In this document: positions 17,728-23,907 of the stretch, piece by piece
How the letters are laid out: each line of letters begins with the position of its first letter
Numbering within the stretch: the first letter of the stretch is position 1
Assembly: GCA_035688445.1 (NCBI GenBank)
Contig: DASSNA010000311.1
Coordinates: 1 to 33,794 of the forward strand
Length of the DNA stretch: 33,794 nucleotides
Source: Solirubrobacterales bacterium
Lineage (GTDB): Bacteria > Actinomycetota > Thermoleophilia > Solirubrobacterales > 70-9
Direction: 5' to 3'
The notes under the pieces: model-generated
What the model saw: only the letters and a program-made list of their open reading frames with translations
Databases searched by the model: none
What the model was told of the DNA's origin: nothing
Position numbers and translations under genes: made by a program

Positions 17728-17981
17728 GCCTCAACGAACGCTTCAGCGCCAACCTGCGCCGTGCCCGCGAAGCGGCGGGGATGACGCAGGCCGAGTTGAG
17801 CAGGCGGGTCGAAGTCCACCCGAGCCACGTGTGCTTTTGGGAAAACGGAAGGCGGATGCCGCGGCTCGACACTTTGGTCAAACTCGTCAGCGTCCTTGAC
17901 TGCCGCGCTGATGAGTTGATTGAGGGGATGGTCTGGCGGCCCAACGTCGAGGGTTACGGCAGCTTCGAGGTCGAGGTCTGA
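17724..17981 (+). CDS. XRE-family helix-turn-helix transcriptional regulator
   Basis: 'FSANLRRAREAAGMTQAELSRRVEVHPSHVCFWENGRRMPRLDTLVKLVSVLDCRADELI' is a classic Cro/C1 HTH. A GTG start at 17724 overlaps the upstream TGA. Confidence 0.8.
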   Translation: MSLNERFSANLRRAREAAGMTQAELSRRVEVHPSHVCFWENGRRMPRLDTLVKLVSVLDCRADELIEGMVWRPNVEGYGSFEVEV

Positions 17982-18015
17982 GCGGGGCGGCGGGCTCGGC
18001 GGCTAGCCTCTGTGC

Positions 18016-18171
18016 ATGGCCGCCGAGCGCCGCAAGCAGAAGACCGACAAGGGTCTGGACATCCCAGTCCCGACCAAAGGCGAGTTCGACGCCGCTATGA
18101 AGAAGGTCGCTCCCCCAGTAGGTCGTAAACGCCCTGCCGAGAAAGACCGGCCTCCGAAGCAATCCGGGTGA
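18016..18171 (+). CDS. Possible 51-codon ORF not in the supplied track
   Basis: ATG at 18016 to TGA at 18171: MAAERRKQKTDKGLDIPVPTKGEFDAAMKKVAPPVGRKRPAEKDRPPKQSG. It overlaps the 3' end of the minus-strand 70-aa ORF by 77 nt, so at most one of the two is likely fully real. Confidence 0.25.
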   Translation: MAAERRKQKTDKGLDIPVPTKGEFDAAMKKVAPPVGRKRPAEKDRPPKQSG

Positions 18172-18307
18172 TTGAGACCCCGGCCTTCTGCGCTTGCTGG
18201 CAGAAGCCCCGGAGGTCTTCGGTCGCCTGACGTTTTTCCGCCTCCGCCCGTTTGCGGCGACTGGCAGCGCCCCGGATGCTGCGCAGGATCTGCGCCTCGG
18301 TGGTCAT
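18095..18307 (-). CDS. Small HTH protein co-transcribed with the transposase
   Basis: 70 aa, with 'GVSITRIASEAGLSRQGVYDLL' as an HTH. Its ATG overlaps the transposase stop (ATGA at 18304-18307). Confidence 0.5.
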   Translation of the reverse strand: MTTEAQILRSIRGAASRRKRAEAEKRQATEDLRGFCQQAQKAGVSITRIASEAGLSRQGVYDLLGERPSS

Positions 18308-19254
18308 TGCTGCGCCGCTTCCCTGACGAGAGCGTGGAACATGGAGCGCTGGCCGTGGAAGCGGTGGTTGTGGCGCCAGGCGTACTCATCCAAGTAGGAC
18401 TGCAACCACTTGCGGGAGACGCCCTTGTAGGCACCGCGCATCCCGGTCTTCAGGTTGCCGAAAAAGCCCTCGATGGTGTTCGTGTGGATCGAACCGTTGA
18501 CGTAGGAGCCGGCCGAGTGGTTGATGACGTGGTGGCCCGCGTACTCGCGGCCGAGCGGCCGATAGGAGCGCCAGTCATCGGTTATCAGAATGGCTTCCGG
18601 ATTCACGTTCGACCGGACGGCTCCACTCAGAGGCTCGCCCCTGCGCGAAGTGATGACGCGCAGCCGGACCCGCCCGCCGCGCTCGATCATCCCCAGGACG
18701 GAGATTTGGCGCTGACGCCAAGCGGCAGCTTCTTTTTTCGTCATCTTCGGTCCCCGGGGTCGCCCGTGGACGCCGGTCTCGTCAACCTCGACTTCGCCCC
18801 GCTGGCTAGGCGCCGGATCGGGTTCGGCCATCAGGTGGTTCCTGATCTTGTTGAACATGCGCCAGGCCGTCTTGTAGTGGACGCCCAGCTCGCGCTCTAG
18901 CTGTTTGGCGGAGATCCCGCAGCGAGTGCTCGTCATCAGGTACATGGCGTGGTACCAGAGCCGCAGCGAGGTTGAGGAGCGGTGGAAGATCGTTCCGGCC
19001 GTTGGGTGCAGATGGTGCCCGCATGCAGTGCAGGTCCAGGACTGGCGCTGCTGCTTGGTCGCGTAGCGCTTGAAGACCTTCACGTCGCCGCATTTAGGGC
19101 AGTGGGCGTGTTCGCCGTCAGGGGCGTAGCGGGTGCGCCAGAGATGCTCCAGACAGGCCGCATCGTCGGGGAACTCGGCTAGGAACTCCGTGACCGAGTA
19201 GTCGGAGGTCGAAGACTTCGCGCGGCGGGGGTTGTGGCGGTTGGCCGGTGGCAC
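18304..19254 (-). CDS. IS1595-family DDE transposase
   Basis: N-terminal zinc ribbon 'HCPKCG...WTCTACGH', then 'ISAKQLERELGVHYKTAWRMFNKIR' (HTH) and a DDE core 'EVDETGV...ILITDDWRSY...NTIEGFFGNLK', as in ISXO2-like/IS1595 transposases. GTG start. Confidence 0.9.
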   Translation of the reverse strand: MPPANRHNPRRAKSSTSDYSVTEFLAEFPDDAACLEHLWRTRYAPDGEHAHCPKCGDVKVFKRYATKQQRQSWTCTACGHHLHPTAGTIFHRSSTSLRLWYHAMYLMTSTRCGISAKQLERELGVHYKTAWRMFNKIRNHLMAEPDPAPSQRGEVEVDETGVHGRPRGPKMTKKEAAAWRQRQISVLGMIERGGRVRLRVITSRRGEPLSGAVRSNVNPEAILITDDWRSYRPLGREYAGHHVINHSAGSYVNGSIHTNTIEGFFGNLKTGMRGAYKGVSRKWLQSYLDEYAWRHNHRFHGQRSMFHALVREAAQQ

Positions 19255-19260
19255 GGTGTA

Positions 19261-19289
19261 AAGCTACTTGACAGAGCGGATGGTGTCAA
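19261..19289 (-). promoter_or_regulatory. Putative sigma-70-type promoter giving a leaderless transposase mRNA
   Basis: On the minus strand: TTGACA (19289-19284), a 17-nt spacer, TAGCTT (19266-19261), then 6 nt to the GTG start at 19254. Confidence 0.45.
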
Positions 19290-19324
19290 GTCTCTTGACA
19301 GTCATCGCCAAATAGGCTCCCTGC

Positions 19325-20200
19325 GTGGCGGAAATCGATCTAACCGACGCGCGGGAGAAGCTGAAGCGGGCCAGGCACCACTTCGACGTACTCAGGGCGC
19401 AAGTCGAACCCTTCGAGAAAAGTGATTCGCATCGCTTCAGCTTCGAGGTCGATGCGGATACCGGCATTTATACGTTCTATATCCACGACCTCGGGGTGCC
19501 GGACCCGGACTGGGGGCTGATTACCGGCGACTGCCTCCACAACGCGCGAACGGCACTCGACTATCTCGCTGTTCGCCTCTATGCCCTTGGCACCGGCACG
19601 GACCCTTCCGATGTGAGCGGAATCAGCTTCCCTATCGCCGAGTCCCCCGATCGATTTCAATCCAATCCCTCGGTTGCGGGCTTCAAGAACGAGCTTGGCC
19701 TCAGCGGCTACCTCGCACGCATCGAGGAGATGCAGCCGTTTAATGCTGGGAATCCGTCGATTTGGGGATTCGATGAATGGCCGATCAATCCGGGGCTCCC
19801 AGCCGCCCTCAACCGCCTCTCCCGCCTGGACAACATCGATAAGCACCGCGTCATCCATGTCGTCTGGATCGGTGTAGCGCCGCTGCACGGTGTCCCAATG
19901 CGTCCCCCCGCTAGCTTCAAAGCATTGGGAGGGGGGACGCGGCTCGAACCTCTGGAGGACGATGCAGAAGTCGGCACGCTGAGCTTCGAGGGTCCCCTTC
20001 CTGGCGAGTGGAACCCCTCGCAGATGGAAATGCAGCGCCACTTTCCCCTTGAGGTAGCTTTCGACGAGCCGTCTCCCGCGAATGCGTTGCTGGAAACCCT
20101 TTGGTTCTGCCTCTGGGGGGTGGAAGCAGCTCTCGGCCTTTTCGATCCGGTTTTTGCCGCCCACCAGCCGCCCAGACCGGTCACCGACACTCTCGGCTGA
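19325..20200 (+). CDS. Hypothetical 291-aa cargo protein of unknown function
   Basis: GTG start; no signal peptide or TM segment. Notable motifs are 'CLHNARTALDYLAVRL' and 'LSRLDNIDKHRVIHVVW'. Codon third positions look more A/T-rich than in flanking genes. No family recognised. Confidence 0.6.
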   Translation: MAEIDLTDAREKLKRARHHFDVLRAQVEPFEKSDSHRFSFEVDADTGIYTFYIHDLGVPDPDWGLITGDCLHNARTALDYLAVRLYALGTGTDPSDVSGISFPIAESPDRFQSNPSVAGFKNELGLSGYLARIEEMQPFNAGNPSIWGFDEWPINPGLPAALNRLSRLDNIDKHRVIHVVWIGVAPLHGVPMRPPASFKALGGGTRLEPLEDDAEVGTLSFEGPLPGEWNPSQMEMQRHFPLEVAFDEPSPANALLETLWFCLWGVEAALGLFDPVFAAHQPPRPVTDTLG

Positions 20201-20250
20201 CCGGCCGTCCGCCGCCCTAGCCACGGCCTACCCCGCTCTGAAACGAGATT

Positions 20251-20299
20251 TCGCTTCTACAGAGAAGGGATAGGCGTGATATCCATCACACGAACAAAT
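20251..20299 (-). repeat. Right inverted repeat of the ~3-kb unit
   Basis: The reverse complement reads ATTTGTTCGTGTGATGGATATCACGCCTATCCCTTCTCTGTAGAAGCGA. Compared with the left copy there is a perfect 28-nt core, four mismatches in the mini-hairpin loop, and a degenerate outer part. Confidence 0.8.
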
Positions 20300-20308
20300 A
20301 TTGCCCTT

Positions 20309-20338
20309 TTGAAAAGGTTGCGTCTGTGCAACTATTGT
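20309..20338 (+). promoter_or_regulatory. Putative marR promoter with operator-like palindromes
   Basis: TTGAAA (20309-14), an 18-nt spacer, TATTGT (20333-38), then 4 nt to the ATG at 20343, which is near-leaderless. The palindromes CCTTTTGAAAAGG and GTTGC-GTCTGT-GCAAC overlap it. Confidence 0.35.
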
Positions 20339-20342
20339 CTGG

Positions 20343-20882
20343 ATGCATGCAACGGACGTGAAAGCGATCGCCGAGGCCACTCGCAAAGAGGTCGGCCCGG
20401 CTGAGAAGGACACGGCGGCGCGGCTGACCGCGCTGATGCACCACGTCTTCCTCTACGACCGCGGCAATCAGCTGCGGGTGATCGAGGAGACGGGTCTCTC
20501 GATGACGCAGTGCAAGGCGCTGCTGGAGCTTGGGGGGCTGGGCCACCAGGAGACCCACTCCTGGCAGGTCAGCGACCTGGCTGAGCTGTTCGGCGCCTCG
20601 GTCCCCTCGATGAGTCGCGCGGTCGACGGCCTGGTCAAGGCAGGGCTGGCGAGCCGGGTCGAGGACCCCGCCGATCGCCGCGTGCGCCGGGTCGAGATCA
20701 CCGCCAAGGGCAAGGACCTGGTCGCCACCCTCGTCACCGTTCGCATGGCAGGAATCGAGGCCTTCGTGACCAGCCTCACCGCCGCCCAGCGGCGCAAGCT
20801 GGACGCTGCGGTGGAGGCGCTGATGGACCGCGACGACCTCGCCCAGACCTATCAGCACCTGAAGGGAAGTGAGCCCGCTTGA
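20343..20882 (+). CDS. MarR-family transcriptional regulator
   Basis: 'SMTQCKALLELG...WQVSDLAELFGASVPSMSRAVDGLVKAGLASRVEDPADRRVRRVEITAKGKDL' is a MarR winged helix. Confidence 0.9.
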   Translation: MHATDVKAIAEATRKEVGPAEKDTAARLTALMHHVFLYDRGNQLRVIEETGLSMTQCKALLELGGLGHQETHSWQVSDLAELFGASVPSMSRAVDGLVKAGLASRVEDPADRRVRRVEITAKGKDLVATLVTVRMAGIEAFVTSLTAAQRRKLDAAVEALMDRDDLAQTYQHLKGSEPA

Positions 20883-22486
20883 CTCGATACAGCCACCTGA
20901 TCACCGACCAGAACCGCAAGTGGTGGACGCTCGGCGCGATGTGTTTCGCGCTGTTCATGATCATGCTCGACAACACGGTCGTGAACGTCGCCCTGCCCTC
21001 GATCCAGAAGGACCTGGGGGCGTCGATCAGCGGCCTGGAGTGGACGATCAACGGCTACACGCTCTCCTTCGCGGTGCTGCTGGCGACCGGCGGCCGGCTC
21101 GGCGATATCTTCGGTCGGCGGCGGATGTTCCTCGCCGGCGTGGTGATCTTCGCGCTGTCCTCGGCGACCGCCGGCTTCGCCGCTGACGAGACCTCGCTGG
21201 TCATCAGCCGCGTGGTGCAGGGCGTCGGCGCGGCGCTGATGATGCCCGGCACGCTCTCGATCATCACCGACGCCTTCCCTCCGGAGGAGCGCGGCAAGGC
21301 GATGGGCACCTGGGCCGGCGTCTCGGCGCTGGCGCTGGCGGTCGGGCCGGTGCTGGGCGGGTTCCTCACCGAGCACGTCAGCTGGCGGGCGATCTTCTAC
21401 ATCAACATCCCGGTCGCGATCGGGGCAGTGCTGGCGACCACCTTCGCCGTCCGCGAGTCTCGTGACACCTCGGTCGGGCGCGACGTCGACTACCCCGGCG
21501 TCGCGGTGCTGACGATCGGGCTGACGGCGCTGGTGCTGGCCCTTGTTGAGGGCAACAGCTGGGGCTGGGGCTCGCCGGAAATCGTCGGGCTGCTGGCGCT
21601 GGCTGCGCTGGCGCTGCCGGCCTTCGTTTTCGTCGAGAACCGGGTCAAGGCGCCGATGGTCCACTTCGAGCTGCTCAGTGACCGCAACTTCCTCGGCGCG
21701 GTCGTGGTGGCGATGATCATCAGCTTCGCGATGCTGGGCGTCTTCTTCTTCCTCGCCCTCTACATGCAGGACATCCTTGGCTACTCGCCGCTGGAGGCGG
21801 GGGTGCGGTTCCTGCCCTCGACCCTGATGATCGTCGGCATCGCGCCGGTCGCCGGGCGGCTCTCCGACCGCTTCGGGCCGCGCTGGCTGATCGCCGGCGG
21901 GCTGGTCATCGTCGCCGCTTCGCTGTTCAGCTTCAGCCGGATCGCGGTCGACTCGAGCTACCTCGATCTGCTGCCCGGGTTCATGCTGCTCGGTATCGGC
22001 ATCGCGATGACGATGTCGCCGATGACGAGCGCGGCGATGAACGCGGTGCCGGTGCAGAAAGCCGGCCTCGCCTCGGGCGTGCTCTCGATGTTCCGCATGG
22101 TCGGCGGCAGCCTTGGCGTTGCCGTCACCGGCGCGATCTTCCAGGGCCTGGTCAGCTCCAGGCTCGACTCGCTGCTCGGCAGCAGCGGGGTGACGGCTAC
22201 CCAGCGCGACCAGATCTCCGAAGGGCTCGGGAGCGGCACCGTTCCGCACATCCAGGGGCTCGGCGCTGCCCAGACCAAGCAGGTGATGGCGGCGGGCAGC
22301 GAAGCCTTCGTCTACGCCCTCGGCCACGCGATGACCGTCTCCGGCTTCGTCGCCCTGGTCGGGGCGGGGATCGGAGCGACCGCGATCCGGGCCAAGACCA
22401 AGACGCACACCACAATTGAGGCCGCCACCGCCGAGGCCAACCCCGGCGGCGAGGCGATCACCGCCGAAGAGGCGGTAATCGCTTAG
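20879..22486 (+). CDS. MFS transporter, DHA2 (EmrB/QacA) drug-efflux subfamily
   Basis: 'FMIMLDNTVVNVALPSIQKDLG', 'GRLGDIFGRRRMF' (motif A) and about 14 predicted TM segments. A TTG start overlaps the marR stop (TTGA). Confidence 0.9.
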   Translation: MTRYSHLITDQNRKWWTLGAMCFALFMIMLDNTVVNVALPSIQKDLGASISGLEWTINGYTLSFAVLLATGGRLGDIFGRRRMFLAGVVIFALSSATAGFAADETSLVISRVVQGVGAALMMPGTLSIITDAFPPEERGKAMGTWAGVSALALAVGPVLGGFLTEHVSWRAIFYINIPVAIGAVLATTFAVRESRDTSVGRDVDYPGVAVLTIGLTALVLALVEGNSWGWGSPEIVGLLALAALALPAFVFVENRVKAPMVHFELLSDRNFLGAVVVAMIISFAMLGVFFFLALYMQDILGYSPLEAGVRFLPSTLMIVGIAPVAGRLSDRFGPRWLIAGGLVIVAASLFSFSRIAVDSSYLDLLPGFMLLGIGIAMTMSPMTSAAMNAVPVQKAGLASGVLSMFRMVGGSLGVAVTGAIFQGLVSSRLDSLLGSSGVTATQRDQISEGLGSGTVPHIQGLGAAQTKQVMAAGSEAFVYALGHAMTVSGFVALVGAGIGATAIRAKTKTHTTIEAATAEANPGGEAITAEEAVIA

Positions 22487-22501
22487 CGGCTTGAGGATGG
22501 T

Positions 22502-22524
22502 CGGGCGGCATAGGCTGCCGCCCG
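22502..22524 (+). terminator. GC-rich hairpin between the MFS gene and yaaA (possible U-tail-less terminator)
   Basis: CGGGCGGCA-TAGGC-TGCCGCCCG is a 9-bp perfect stem ending 1 nt before the yaaA ATG. There is no T run. Confidence 0.3.
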
Positions 22525-23178
22525 ATGCTCGTCCTCCTCCCACCTTCGGAAGGCAAGGCCCAGCCCGAGGCGGGCGCGCCGGTTGATCTCGGCTCTCTCG
22601 CCTTCGCTGCGGAGCTGGGCGAGCGGCGCGAAGAGCTGCTCGAGGCCCTCGACCCTGGGCTGCGGACGGCACCCGCGACACCGGCAGCTGAGGTCTACAC
22701 CGGCGTCCTCTTCCAGCGGCTGCGCCTGCCGGAGCTGTCGGCGAAGGCGCAGCGCCAGGTGCTGATCGCGAGCTTCCTTTGGGGCGTGGTGCGGCCGGGA
22801 GATCGCATCCCGCACTACCGCTTCTCGCCGAAGACGCGCTTGGACGGAGTCGGACCGCCGGCGACGTACTGGCGCCCGGCGCTGGCGGAGGCGCTGCCCG
22901 ACGAAGAGGGCGCCCTGATCGTCGACATGCGCTCCGGCGCCTATTCAGCGGCCTGGAAGCCGCAGCGGGCGACGCTGCTGGCGGTGCGCGCCTTCAGCGA
23001 TAGCGGCGGCAAGCGCAAGCCGGTCACGCACATGACGAAGGCGGTGCGGGGAGAAGTAGCGCGAGCGCTGCTGCGGGCGAAACAGGCGCCCGCCGACCCC
23101 GAGGCCGCCGCCGCGATCGCCAAGTCTGCCGGCTTCACCGTTGAGCTCAGCGACGACAGCCTCGACGTAATCGTCTGA
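22525..23178 (+). CDS. yaaA: YaaA-family (UPF0246/DUF328) peroxide-stress protein
   Basis: The 'MLVLLPPSEGK' N terminus and the 'AAEVYTGVLFQ' and 'KPVTHMTKAVRGEVAR' segments are typical of YaaA. It is shorter than E. coli YaaA. Confidence 0.75.
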   Translation: MLVLLPPSEGKAQPEAGAPVDLGSLAFAAELGERREELLEALDPGLRTAPATPAAEVYTGVLFQRLRLPELSAKAQRQVLIASFLWGVVRPGDRIPHYRFSPKTRLDGVGPPATYWRPALAEALPDEEGALIVDMRSGAYSAAWKPQRATLLAVRAFSDSGGKRKPVTHMTKAVRGEVARALLRAKQAPADPEAAAAIAKSAGFTVELSDDSLDVIV

Positions 23179-23184
23179 ACTCCC

Positions 23185-23233
23185 GCCGACGGGACGAAAA
23201 CCGGTCTATGTAACCGGTTATCGGCCCGTCGGC
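23185..23233. terminator. Compound hairpin between convergent yaaA and bioD (candidate bidirectional terminator)
   Basis: Outer stem GCCGACGGG (23185-93) pairs with CCCGTCGGC (23225-33). The inner stem is AACCGGT-CTATGTA-ACCGGTT. Confidence 0.45.
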
Positions 23234-23241
23234 CTAGCGGC

Positions 23242-23895
23242 CTAGATGCGGAGGGGTGGCCAGGTGTCGGGGGCGCTGAGGTCTAACTGGGGGAGAGTGT
23301 GGACTGAGAGGTCGGCTAGGGCGGCGATCGTCTTGCGATTGTTGGACTCGATCTCGCTTGGTTGCTCGGGCCAGGGATTGAGGACGATGGCGGCGACGTG
23401 GAGGCTGGCGGCGCGGGCGGCTTCGACCGTCAGCAGGGTGTGGTTGATCGTGCCGAGGCCGGGGCTGGCGACTACAACGAGGGGGTAGCCGAGGTCGACG
23501 GCTAGGTCGCGGACCAGGTAGGTGTGGGAGAGCGGGACTAGGAGGCCGCCGACGCCCTCGCAGACCAGGACGTCTGCTTCCTCAGCGGCGGCTTGGGCGG
23601 TCTGGCGCAGGCGATCGGGGTCGATCTCCTCGCCGGCCAGCGCCGCGGCGAGGTGGGGGGAAGCCGGTGGCCCGTAGCGGTAGGGGGCGATCTCTTCGTC
23701 GCTTTGGTCTGAGCCCGAAGCCCGTCGCAGCAGCGCGTGGTCGGTCTCCACTCCTTCGTCGAGGCCGGTTACGGCCGGCTTGAAAATGTGCACCCGCTGG
23801 CCTTCGCCGGCGAGGGTGTGGGCGATCGTTGCGGCGACCACGGTCTTGCCGACCTCGGTGCCGGTGCCGGTGACGAAGATTCCCGCGGCCGCCAC
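23242..23895 (-). CDS. bioD: Dethiobiotin synthetase
   Basis: P-loop 'GIFVTGTGTEVGKT', and 'VCEGVGGLLVPL' typical of BioD. It is the last gene of the bioB-bioF-bioD string. Confidence 0.9.
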   Translation of the reverse strand: MAAAGIFVTGTGTEVGKTVVAATIAHTLAGEGQRVHIFKPAVTGLDEGVETDHALLRRASGSDQSDEEIAPYRYGPPASPHLAAALAGEEIDPDRLRQTAQAAAEEADVLVCEGVGGLLVPLSHTYLVRDLAVDLGYPLVVVASPGLGTINHTLLTVEAARAASLHVAAIVLNPWPEQPSEIESNNRKTIAALADLSVHTLPQLDLSAPDTWPPLRI

Positions 23896-23907
23896 AGTCC
23901 GCCTCGC

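Larger units (their letters stand above)
17315..20299. mobile_element. About 3-kb unit bounded by ~50-nt imperfect inverted repeats, carrying an IS1595-family transposase plus cargo genes (IS-with-passengers, or a nested IS)
   Basis: Inverted repeats at 17315-17364 and 20251-20299 include a perfect 28-nt core. The interior encodes a DDE transposase and small HTH proteins and looks more A/T-rich by eye. No target-site duplication was found, so the exact ends are uncertain. Confidence 0.5.

Noticed and set aside
18039-18061. Candidate inner IS terminal repeat: GAAGACCGACAAGGGTCTGGACA against the reverse complement of 19284-19306 (GATGACTGTCAAGAGACTTGACA).
   Set aside because: Only about 17 of 23 positions match. 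The right-hand partner is itself a palindrome overlapping the transposase promoter, and no TSD is present. This is too weak to define IS ends without other copies.
20852-22681. 609-aa minus-strand ORF antisense to the MFS transporter.
   Set aside because: The product is an R/G/D/P-rich junk translation, while the plus frame has clear MFS motifs and TM helices.
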